Origin: Amoebophrya sp. A120
Lineage: Eukaryota; Protista; Dinoflagellata
DNA: 64,000 nucleotides
Direction: 5' to 3'
Assembly (NCBI GenBank): GCA_905178155.1
Contig: CAJINV010000005.1
Span: forward strand, 3,354,833-3,418,832
Shown piece by piece: positions 22,883 to 33,432 of the stretch; the stretch's first letter is position 1; the number at the start of each line of letters is the position of its first letter. The notes under the pieces were generated by a model. The model was not told the DNA's origin, searched no databases, and saw nothing but the letters and a program-made list of their open reading frames with translations. The translations under genes and the position numbers were made by a program.

Positions 22883-25800
22883 TCACTTGTATTTCTCATG
22901 CAACTCCTCCTGAAACCGTTCCAGCCTGTCTAACATGGGCACCAATTCTTCCTCCGGAGGCAAGATTGTCGTGCGGAAGTGGTTATGCATTGCAACAATA
23001 TGATCGCGCTCGTGCTAATTGCGTTCATACATATGCAAAATTCGTTCTCAAGTCAAATCCGTATAATTGCATTGCTTAGAGTGAGGAAATTTGTCATGCG
23101 ATTTACACTAGTACGATACTCTTGCACTGCATAGTGGTAGGTGTTTGCTTTCTGGCCAAAGCCGTTACCGGGTACGGTGATCAGCCCAAGCTGCTCTAAA
23201 AGTTGGATGCAATACCTGAGTGATAATTTCATATTTCTTGCATACTTACATCAAAATGGAAAGACATGATCCGTGCTTTGTTCAGGGATCTTGTTCCGGG
23301 AGGAGGACGAGCACAGCCACTCAACATCATGCACAACAACACCGCTCGTATAAAATTACATGTTTAGGAGCATCATCATGATAGTACGGGATTGAAGAGT
23401 AGATGTAGAAGACAACAACATCTTCGAGGACCACGACAACATATTCGAATTATACCACGTGTCGGGTTGCTTCCCCATTTTTTCCGCCTCGGCGCAGAAT
23501 TTTTCCGGTAAATCCACTTTCGGAAAGGCGTACATCGCCCCCTCGATCGGCATGCAGTTCATGCCTTGCATCTGGTTTAGCCTTTCGTGCACAATCTTCG
23601 CTTTCCGCTTCAGCTGGCTCATCGTCGTACTTTTTTCCTTGTCGAAAAGCTCAAAACTCGGGTCGCTGGGATTTGGCGGATTCAGGACACCTGAATTTTT
23701 AAATCATGATAAACACAATCGTATAATTATCGGTCCTGCAGCATCACTACATTAAATCATAAGGCTGGCGGTCACCAAGAAATTTGTACCATACTAGTAC
23801 GAAGGTTCTGATGCAGACGCCCCATACTGCTAGGACGAGCATCGAATAAGGACCGGACGTCGCACTCCCGCTGGTGCGGTATTAAGATAGCTAAAGTTCT
23901 TTTGGTTAGAGCATTGATGTTTTGGTTTTCCGTTTTTACTATGTAGAAGAGCATGCAGATGAACTAAGACTAACAACCAACGTTAATTTAAATACGAGGA
24001 AACGCAGAAGGACCAACAAGTACTTACTTGCGATCATCCCTTGGCCGATGGTGTTTGAGCAGAGGAACATGGAGCACAGCTTGTAAATCTGCGCGTGCAC
24101 GTATGAGAGTGCACAACTCCCGCTCCTCCTCATTTGTCATGCAGAACTCCAAATCCAAGCGCTTCCCTTTGGCACTGTTTGCATGGCAGATTCCGGAATC
24201 CCAAGCAGTACTACTTACACTAAGTAGGCGCATGAATTTGTCATGCACAGGGTCGTCCACGTGTGCGGGTGTTTGTATTGCTGTTCATGCAATTATACAA
24301 ATGAGGGGGAGCCAGGGGGAGCTGTGCACTCTCATAGCACGTCCTCGGGGATGTTGGTCAGGTGCATGTAGCCCCCGCGGAGCCCGCACTCGCCGTAGCA
24401 TCAAATGTAAAAATGTCTGGGTCTGGAAACTTGTGATGCTGGGTGGCGTCTCATGATGAGGCCACAAATGCTGGCTCAGCATGACAAGTTTCTGAGCTTC
24501 TAGGTGTTGCCTATTCTGCATGACAAACTGCGTTTCTGCATCACAGGAAGATGGAGCTCTTGGGTTACGTGCATGACAGATTTAAGAGTCATGCCAGACA
24601 AGCATGACAAACATGCATTCTTCCAGACCCAGACATTTTTGCACTTGATACGTAGTAGCCTTTGCTGATGCTGTGGAAGCTGAACAGCTGGACTGCTTCC
24701 TTCATCTGCGTGTCTTCCGACTCCAGCAACACCTTGCGAAACGACAGGAACGGCTTGTCCGTTACGTTCTCGTACTATTGAGAAGAAAAATCCCCCCTCC
24801 CCATATTGAAAACGCACTCGTCTGAAAATTTGTGATGCAGATTTGAGGCCACAAATCCTGTCGGTCTTGCAAGAAGGCAAAGCCAGAGAGTCCGCCGCAT
24901 TATGCCGGCGGTTTGCGATGCTGTTGGGCTTACAGAGCCGAAATCTGTCATGCTAGTCCCCTACGTCAAAACCTCTCGACCCATGCCTGGCATATGCCTT
25001 CAGTCCTCTCCAGCAAGACAGACCTGATTTGTGTACGCAAATCCAGCATCAGAAACTTCGTTTCGATATGGCTATGGGGAGGGGGGATTTTTCCCTTTGA
25101 TACGTACACATTCTCCTGGTAAACCTCGTCCGCTAGAACTACCAGGTCGTACTTGTAGGCGAGCTTCAGCACCGCTTCGATATTTTCTCTGGACAGCACG
25201 TTGCCCGTCGGATTTCCCGGATTTATCACCGCGATGGCGCGCACGCGTTTCTTATCAAATGCAAAAATGTCTGGGTCTGGAAGAATTCATGTTTGTCATG
25301 CTTGTCTGGCATGACTCTTAAATCTGTCATGCACGTTACCCAAGAGCTCCGCTTTTCTGTGATGCAGAGGCGCAGTTTGTCATGCAGAATAGGCAACACC
25401 TAGGAGCTCAGAAACTTGTCATGCTGAGCCAGCACTTGTAGCCTCATCATGAGACGCCACCCAGCATCACAAGTTTCCAGACCCAGACATTTTTACATTT
25501 GATATTTCTTCTTGTCCAGCTCCTGCTGGATTAAGGTCTCCATGTTTTTTATCAGGGGAAAATCAAAAACCGCCTCATTGTAACAAGTGACTGCTCATCG
25601 TGTTGTTCCTTGCGATGGTCATGCGGCAGACGCGAGGACAGACACTACACGAAGTGGCTGTCTTGCTGTTCTAGGTGCACGAGTTGTAACCACCATGGTT
25701 CTTTCATTTAGCTGTGTATGTTTGATCATTGTTCTTTCATTTAGCCGTGTAGGTTTCATCCCTGCAAGCTTTGAGAGAACGCACGGCAGATTCATTTCTT

Positions 25801-27000
25801 TGTCGCGTGCAGCGGAACCTGTGAATTACGCGCGCAATTCGAATTCATCCAGCACATATTGAAGTCGCCACAGTCCTCACAATGAGACGCGGCTTTTGTA
25901 AGACGATATTTTGCAAGTCTAATCCCCAGGAAGGTTTGTCGCTATCATAGTCCTCTGTCATTTCGTACCCGACAAAACTGCCCCCCGTTCTGGCGATCGT
26001 GGCGGAATACAGTGGGTATTGTGGTATCGGGATCAACAACACATCGTTCTCGTCTTTTACCATCAGCTCGATCGCCGTCTTCACTGCGGGCGAGGCACCG
26101 TCGGTCAAGTAGAGGTGCTCGGTGTTTGTCCTGTTCGCTTCTTTGTTCAAATCTAGGCGTTTATGCAGTGCAAATGTATCGCAGTCCCAGTCGCACTTTG
26201 AGTAGAAATTGTCTAAATTGCAATTATACATTCTTCTCACAAGGAACAAACATGGAATTTCTAATGCTGCTTTCGCTTATTAAGCGTGGCGTTGCTTTGA
26301 TGTCACAGTCACACATGATGAGTACAACTAGTACGGGTGCGATACTTTTGCACAGGATAGCCATCTCTTCTGTCAATGTAGTCGGCGACCATCTGCCGGA
26401 ACAGCGGCACCCCCTTATGCCACAGACAAAGACAGGCAGGACATATTGATATTTGCCTACGCAAAAAAGATACACAAAAAAATCGCTCTTGCCTCGTGTG
26501 TTTAGCAGAATGCTATGGGGTCGTAGCCCAGTACAGATCTGTTTCTCTATTAATTTTTGCATTACAAGTGTGCCCTGCCCCTGGCCCTGCCTGTACTTTT
26601 CTGCGGGATAGCCCTTGCTGTGCGAGTACGCTCCGGGGTTCAGCGAGCGGAACTTCCAACCGCGCTGCAAAGCGTCGTCCGGAAACTGCTGGAGGCCGAC
26701 CATCATCTCTGCCGACGGGTGCGAGGTAAGAACGGACAACACCTGCCGGTGAAAGGTTAATGGCTTCGCTCCGACTGCTTGCGGATTCCCGATGTTGCAG
26801 GGAATCAGTTTGGCAAAAGGGAAAGAGCTATTTGTTTGGTTCAGCGCATTTTTCTCTTCTTGTTGCAGTAGCTGTTTCGAAATCTGCTCTGCTCTTATGA
26901 CCAATTCACCCCGAACTGCGTACTCGCTGTGAAGAACGTTGGGCGGCAGGTTTTTCGCGCTGAGCCCCAGCCTTGGAGCGAAGGATGGGGCGCGAAACAT
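22883..27000 (-). CDS. Alanine aminotransferase (class I/II PLP-dependent), ~12 exons
   Basis: Motifs EYAVRGEL, CNIGNPQ, GAYSHSKG, LTDGAS, PIPQYPLYSA, VINPGNPTG, LADEVYQENVY, FHSISKGYYGECGLRGG (PLP lysine), GAMYAFP, VPGNGFGQ and YHFRTTILP, reassembled across introns. Confidence 0.95.
22984..23133. mobile_element. TIR introner family C (150 bp)
   Basis: TATGCATTGCAAC...CTTGCACTGCATA, perfect TSD GTGGT. Removal rebuilds TYHFRTT. Confidence 0.88.
24101..24243. other. Non-canonical intron with 5-bp direct repeat TGCAC, TIR not evident
   Basis: Removal with one repeat gives VDDPVHAQIYKL in the aminotransferase. Confidence 0.6.
24399..24650. mobile_element. TIR introner family A, 252-bp subfamily (inverted relative to 25253-25504)
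   Basis: Family-A TIRs, perfect TSD CGTAG. Splits SKGYY|GECG. Confidence 0.93.
24776..25102. mobile_element. TIR introner family B (327 bp)
   Basis: AAAAATCCCCCCTCCCCATA / TATGGGGAGGGGGGATTTTT ends, perfect TSD CGTAC. Related to 5160-5480. Confidence 0.9.
25253..25504. mobile_element. TIR introner family A, 252-bp subfamily
   Basis: Family-A TIRs, perfect TSD TTTCT. Near-identical to 37978-38229 and to the reverse complement of 24399-24650. Confidence 0.93.
25550..25908. mobile_element. Diverged TIR introner (359 bp)
   Basis: TATC...CTCATTGT / ACAATGAG...GATA inverted ends, flanks TTTTT/TTTTG. Removal gives DLQNMETLIQ. Confidence 0.75.
26162..26359. mobile_element. TIR introner family C (198 bp)
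   Basis: TATGCAGTGCAAATGTATCGCA...TGCGATACTTTTGCACAGGATA, flanks GCGTT/GCCAT. Removal gives IDRRDGLDL. Confidence 0.85.
26416..26610. mobile_element. TIR introner (195 bp)
   Basis: TATGCCACAGACAAAGACAGGCAGG...CCTGCCTGTACTTTTCTGCGGGATA, flanks CCCCT/GCCCT. Removal gives HSKGVPLFRQ. Confidence 0.88.
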
Positions 27001-30000
27001 TCTTTCTTTAAAGATGGATCACAACTCGTCGAGCTCAAACAACGCAGCGGATCAAGTGTAAAACTTCTCAGCCAGGTGCGCCGTGGAGAAATAAAGGTCG
27101 TTACTCGTGTCGTCTTTTTGAGTAGTTCCGGAGTAATTTATATAGCAGGCTTTGATAAATTTATGTGGTTGTAACCAACATTTCTAGCCGCAGCCTCACT
27201 ATCAAGTGTTGGTTGGTCCTGAAGGTAGGGGAAAGAGATCGAAGCGCGTCAGAGTTGGGAGGAAAAGAAGCGGCCAATTCTTGGCCATGGCTGCTAATGA
27301 GAGTATTTTGCTCATGTAGAAGAGTAGCACGACTATCAACCTACGGGGAAATTATGCTACATGTTGCTGGGAGGTGATATACGTACCATGGATTTTAACC
27401 ACCGATGAATGTTGTTGCTCAGGACCGATATTTTTTGCAGTCATACTCTACTTGTACTTCATCTCGTCACAATTGAGGTCGCGATCATAGACTACAGACA
27501 AATGTTGCCGAAGACAGATCAGCATTCACACGACATCACACCACAATCTGCAAGAGGAGTAATTCATCGTGATATTGCTACAAGCCCACCTCCAGCATTC
27601 ATCCCGGGGCAGCAACGCTGGACAACATTGGCAGCGCAGTTGGTTCGAAGGCACTTCATAGACAGACATCGAGGACGGGCCTCAAGAACCGCGAGACAGA
27701 AATCTTAGAGGACCGATTTTGAATGCCAGAGACTCGATTCTTTTACTTAGGTGGGTCGTTGAGAAGCTCAACCGGGCCCATGGAAATAGTAGGCACAAGA
27801 AGTCGATTTCGATCATGAAGACACATACACCATAGTTGTTGTACCATCGCACCATCAGTAGAACAAGGCAGAATTTCCCCGATGCAGTTTCTCCGGATGC
27901 GGCCCTATCTGTCCGTCCACAACAACAACGAACAACAACAAGAAGATTTTTTTTCTTTCTCAAAATTACTATTAAAGGCATTACTTTGTAGTTCTTCTCG
28001 TAGTTGGGTCATCGCCTGCTGCGTCGTCGTGATCATAGTACCAATAACCTTCTGCGTCGTGGTGATGTTGATAGAAATCATGAATTTTTTGGATTGATTT
28101 GTCATTACAGGTGGAAGGGCAAGGACCTCCACTACGAGCGTATTGGTCGGTGTATCATCTATATACCACTCCACTTTCATAAACTTCTTGTCTATGTCAT
28201 CTTCCTCATTCTCAGCGTCGCGTAAAGAAATTTGTCAAATGAGCAGTCGTTCTTCTTGACCACAATGTAGTCCTCGAGAATGATGTCGTGATGTCGTGTG
28301 AAATCCTCGTCTTTATCCAAGTCGCATCTCTATTTTCAGTAGTAGAGACACCTGCGCCAGATCACAATTCGTCGAGAAATATTAACCTGCGCCGTTCGTG
28401 TCGTGCGAAAATATTAAAACCTTGAAAGTACTTAGATACAAGGCATTCTTTGTTTGGTCGTAATAGAAATAGTTGCGAACCGGAGTCGCTGAAGCTTGTT
28501 GGTTCATTTTGAAATTCATCGTCCTGGAAGTCGAATAAAACAGCGAGCAAGTCCGACCGGCAATATCCTCACAGAGGATGAAACACAACTCTACGCTGCA
28601 CCATTGACAGGAGGCGTTCAACGACACCAAGGGAAATTATACCAGAGAGCTTTTTTTGCAACGAACTGCATCCACACGGCAAATAGATCAGAGCCGATAT
28701 TGTATTCACGGGCTCGATCATTGCGTGTAGTGCTTCATCTGGATATAACTACCCCGGACGTCGGGGAACTAGCTGCACGAAAGGGCAGATGACAGGCTGT
28801 GGCGGAGAAGAAGCTCACCCGATCGGATACGCTAGTCAAACAAGTCGGTACGTACAACTTGAAGGTTTTTCGCGAAGGAGTAAATTCATTGTGATTTGCG
28901 CCGTCGGAAAGGTGCACAAGGCCTCCAATGATCGCACGCCCGCACGAGCTGTGGGCGGGTTTGCACTAGTACCTGGACACGAATCCGATGAACCCGAACC
29001 AACAATAAACCACATGGTTGCCCTGTAGTATTAAATAAAACAATCAAGTTGTTGTTGGGGTTCTCGTTCTTACCTGAAGCTGGAGATTACAGTGGTCGCG
29101 TATCTTTGATGCTGAAGCGAAGGGAAGGTTGTCGCGAAAAAAGATGCGAAAGGGTAAAAAAGAATCGCTCGAGGTGTCGTACAAAAACAAAATTCAGACG
29201 TATGGATTCAATTTCGTCTGTTTGCTGGTGATAGTAGATACAAGTACATTATGACTTTTGCTTATTCCTACAAATCTAATCGTAAAAGTTTTTTCGTTGT
29301 AGCCATTCATTTTTCAAAAAAGAAGCACATAAAGAAAAAAAAGGCGAGTATTCTAGGGTTGCGAGCAGTTGACGTCCAGCATCGTCGAGTTATTGATCAA
29401 TCACGATGATCAGCATCTTCACATGAAGAAGTGCGAAAGTTTTCTGCCATGAAATAATTGTCGTCGAAACTTCGAGATAAACCAAATGTCTTACTCGCCA
29501 CGTGACTTTGTTTTGCGAGTAGATCATTCGATTTCTCGACCTATTACGCTAGTAGTGAGTCTTTAGTTACTGCTTCGCATCATATTGTGCTATTAACTAG
29601 GCTAAAAATAATCTCGTTGTTGTTTTATCTGCTCACATGCAGTTTCCCTTATTCTATCATCGTATTCAGACACTTCGACCTATTTGACATGTAATTACCT
29701 GTTTGCTGTTTTATCGAGTTTTTTCTTCAATATCTTGATACCATCTGCTCCCCTTTGTTCGCAGAGTTCATGTTCTATTTTGGTATAATAATGTTCAAGA
29801 CGTAGGGTGGAGGACCCGGGAACAACATTTCTGTTGAAGTTTTTTCTTTGCGAGGATACAAATAAAGCGGCTCGCGGTTTCACTTCCGCCACGACGTGTC
29901 TGCGTCCGCCCGGGAGAGCTGGTCTGGTCGGCTGAGTGAGGGGTATTCCTGCTCATTCAAGTGCGGCTTGTTACTCGCCGCCCCGGGGTGCTCCGGGCTC

Positions 30001-30269
30001 TCGCCCTGCTTCTTTGACCACGCAGAGGCTTCGCTGGCGGCGCTATTGGACGCTGTTTGGTGTGGAAACGGAAACGAATTTAGATAGTAAAATCAAAAGT
30101 GAGCATAGCATTCATCATGGAAAATAAGTTGCTCAGCTTGGGAGTGCATGAATATTTCAGTATCAATATTTACCGAAATTTTTTTCATCAAACTGGAACT
30201 CCGTGTACTTATCTTAAGGTTAAGTATGGAAAACATGGCGGAGTAGATCATGAGTATGCTCGATTTTCA

Positions 30270-32620
30270 ATACTATAAAACTCTTGTTGTAAAAGCAGAA
30301 CTTGAAGAACTAGAAGTACCCCTTCCCCTTTCTCGGTCTTTGCGCTTTTTTCCGCCACCCCCGCCCGTGTTGGTAGACTGTTGCTGCTTTTCCCACTCTT
30401 CCCACTCCCAGTCCTCATAACCCTGCCAGTTCTGCCCACTGTAAGACTTCTTCGCTTCGCGACCTAATAGGGAGTTTGTCGAATATTAGGCAAGCAAAGC
30501 AATTTCTTTCATGTCAAAATAAATTCAAGATTAAAGAATTTCTAGTCGAGCGCCACCTGCGGCAATGATGTGAGTTTATAATGTACTATGGGGCAGTAGT
30601 AGTTGAAAAATCAAAATTAATAAGTAGGCCCGTAGTAGAACCCCTTGTACATACTACAGGAGCCAATGAATAATCGAGATCTACTTCGAGCATCAGTCTC
30701 GCCTTTGCAAATTCTCACCTGCCCCCCTGTTCTTGGAGTTTTTCTCTTTCGTGCCGCTTCTCCTGCCGCCTCCGTCCTTCGCCTCGCCGTCTTTGTAGTT
30801 ACTATCTTTGGCGTTACTCGCACCTGCTCCGTCGTCTAGGTGCTTGGGATGTGGGTCACCTCCAGAGAGCTCCTTGTAGCTATTGTCCCCCGGAGTGGTC
30901 GCTGCGTTGTTGTTTGTCGTGTTTCGGGAAGATTTCTGCTTGTCGTTAAACTGGCTGTAGCTGAAGGTTTTCTGGGGCAGTTCGGTCGTGCTCGCAGACG
31001 TCGTTTTTGTCGCGTCCACGGTCTGCTTGCTACTGCTGCTCTCTCCACCTGGCGGCTGGTTGGGCGGCACCGTGGTTCCGGGGGTGGTAGCAGTGGCCGG
31101 GGACTGGGGAGGCCCGTCTTTTCTGTAAATTGTTTGAAACATGGTGGAGTAGAATGAACTAGAGGTTCTGCAGCTTGGTGTTTTTCGTACCATAATCAGG
31201 ATGTTGACCACGAGCCTCAAAAGCAAGGCATGTCATAATAATTGAGACAGGTGAAGATGACCTAGATGAAGAATATTCCTTCATAATAGTACCTGTCCCA
31301 CCACCTGGCTAGGGGATCGTCTGGAGGCTTGTCGTATCAAATGCAAAAATGTCTGGGTCTGGAAGAATGAGAGCTTTGTGGTGCACATATTGCATAACCC
31401 CTGATGCCTGTAATGCATGACCTAGCATCACAGATTTTTATTGGGCTTCCTGATGCGTACTCCGCATGAGAAATGCCCTTCCCGGATAGCGCAAACTGGA
31501 CTCCCCTTACTGGTCATGCAATACAGAACTTTTTAGAATCCAAAGACAGCATCACAAGTTTGCATTCTTCCAGACCCAGACATTTTTACACTTGATATGT
31601 CGATGGGCTTTGTCCTAGGCTTCAGGTTCAACCGTGGGCGGGAACCGGGCGGCGCAGTCGACGCTATGTCCGTTGGAACTTCGCTGCCGATATCTGAATT
31701 TCATTCGATGCAGCAGTGGTGATGGGACTGCGACTGTCAACATGCAGCGAAACTAATGAGACGACTAAGACTTCTAAACTGTCATGCAGTTGTGATAGCA
31801 TACCTCCACAACTTCAAATTGCCACATATAAATCTTCACAACGTCGCTATTTAGCAGTTCTCAATACTGCTGACGGAATCGCCACCGCCGCCGCCATAAT
31901 TCTGTTGCTGGCCGCGGTTAAACTCGGGTGGGCTTTGTGGGTTCGTGTGGTCCCAATACGCTTTGCTTTTACCACCTGATTTTTTTTTCAACGGACGATA
32001 GTACTTGTGTACGATAGTACTTGTGTACTATTGATGATGGACGACCGTGCATCTTCACAAACATACAAAGACAAAGTCAAAGCATGACTTGCTGGTGCTG
32101 CACGTATGCGAGAGTGAGAGAGCCCTGCGAAGTTTCCTGTCTTTGCCTTATTTCAATACCTGAAGAGCGACCTCATTTTTTCTGAAACTTGTACTATTCA
32201 TTAGGAGACTACAAACGCAAACTCAAACATCAGAAAGTCGACGTAGGTATTAATCCACCCCGGTCTACTTCTTCGTGAAAGTGCAGAACTTCATCTGTAC
32301 CTCCCTTCGGCCCACCCGCGTTTGACGGTTGCGAATAGCCCCCGCCTCGCGCATTTCCAGCAGCTGCGCCGCCGTAGTTATCTTTGGTCCCCGCAGTGCC
32401 CGCCCCGTAATGCCCGCCGTCTTTGTCTTTTGCAAGGCCCTGTCCGCCCCCGTAGGCGTTGTCTTTGTTATGCGCCGCGCCGGCGCCACCGCCGTAGCCA
32501 CGGACATCGCCACCGCCATAATTATTGGCGTTATTACCACCTCCGCGGCCTTCGTAATTGTCGCTTTGCCCCTTGTTGCTGTGGTATTTCTCCCCCCGAC
32601 GAGGCCCCTCGTCGTAACCT
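30270..32620 (-). CDS. Gly/Arg/Asn-rich exons with RPRLNLKPR motif; probable 3' half of an eIF4B-like gene (boundaries approximate)
   Basis: GYDEGPRRGEKY...NARGGGYSQ (32260-32620), PGSRPRLNLKPRTKPID|KPPDD (across the introner), and ORF 30693-31226. Confidence 0.5.
31335..31597. mobile_element. TIR introner family A (263 bp)
   Basis: Family-A TIRs, perfect TSD TGTCG. Reverse complement resembles 726-987 and 4826-5087. Confidence 0.93.
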
Positions 32621-33432
32621 GTAGTAGGGTTCGTTATGTGGTGGATAAATCGGGGATGTTGCAGGAATGGAAAAGAAGATCAGCATTCGGGAGGTGTGAA
32701 AAAAGTCGCAAAGAGAAACGAAAAAATCTGCAACGACCTACGACGATGGAAGAAACTACACAACAAAGAGACCTCCAACTACATCTTCACGATGGAAGGG
32801 ACGATAGCGAATTTGCCTCCAGTTTGGCTTCCTTGTTGTTAGTTTTTCGTTCGATATTGGATTCGCGCCTGGCAACTGAGCAGAAGTTTGATGTTGATCT
32901 TGTCATATGTCATTACAAAATTTTGTTGTCTGTCTCTGTTCGATCGTTCTAGAAACTGGGAGTAGGACGAGATCTTTGAGTGAGTAAGAGTATCTATGTG
33001 ACTCTGCAGATGAAAAAACCTTCACATCTAGAACCTCGTTGGGTTTTGCATCAGGTGCGTGAAATCTCAGCAGGCCCAAAACTGGCCTGCAGTTCTGGAT
33101 CTTGCAGTGATCTTAGACGATACAGCCTGTCGTGGGATCTTGATCATGATCTTCAAACAAGATCTGTACTTATCTATAGAGGATCCTGAGATCTGCCTTT
33201 CTCGTGTGGGGTTTTTGCGAGCCTGCCATGCTTTCTTCCTGTACTTATTTATTGTCCGGAAAGGCGAAGGGCCGTATTCGTATTGAGTTTGCGGTAGAAG
33301 AAGTTCTGAAGACGCATCGTCTAAGATGAAACAGCACGTAAAAACAACGTAAAGCAAAAACTACCGAGAACAAAAGTACAAAAACACAGCTGTGGTCCTC
33401 TCGTTGGGACGAGTGACATGGACTCTCTACTT

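Noticed and set aside
27400-29250. Possible gene or pseudogene between the aminotransferase and the RGG-rich exons
   Set aside because: Only short, frame-broken ORFs with no recognisable domain; cannot be supported by eye.
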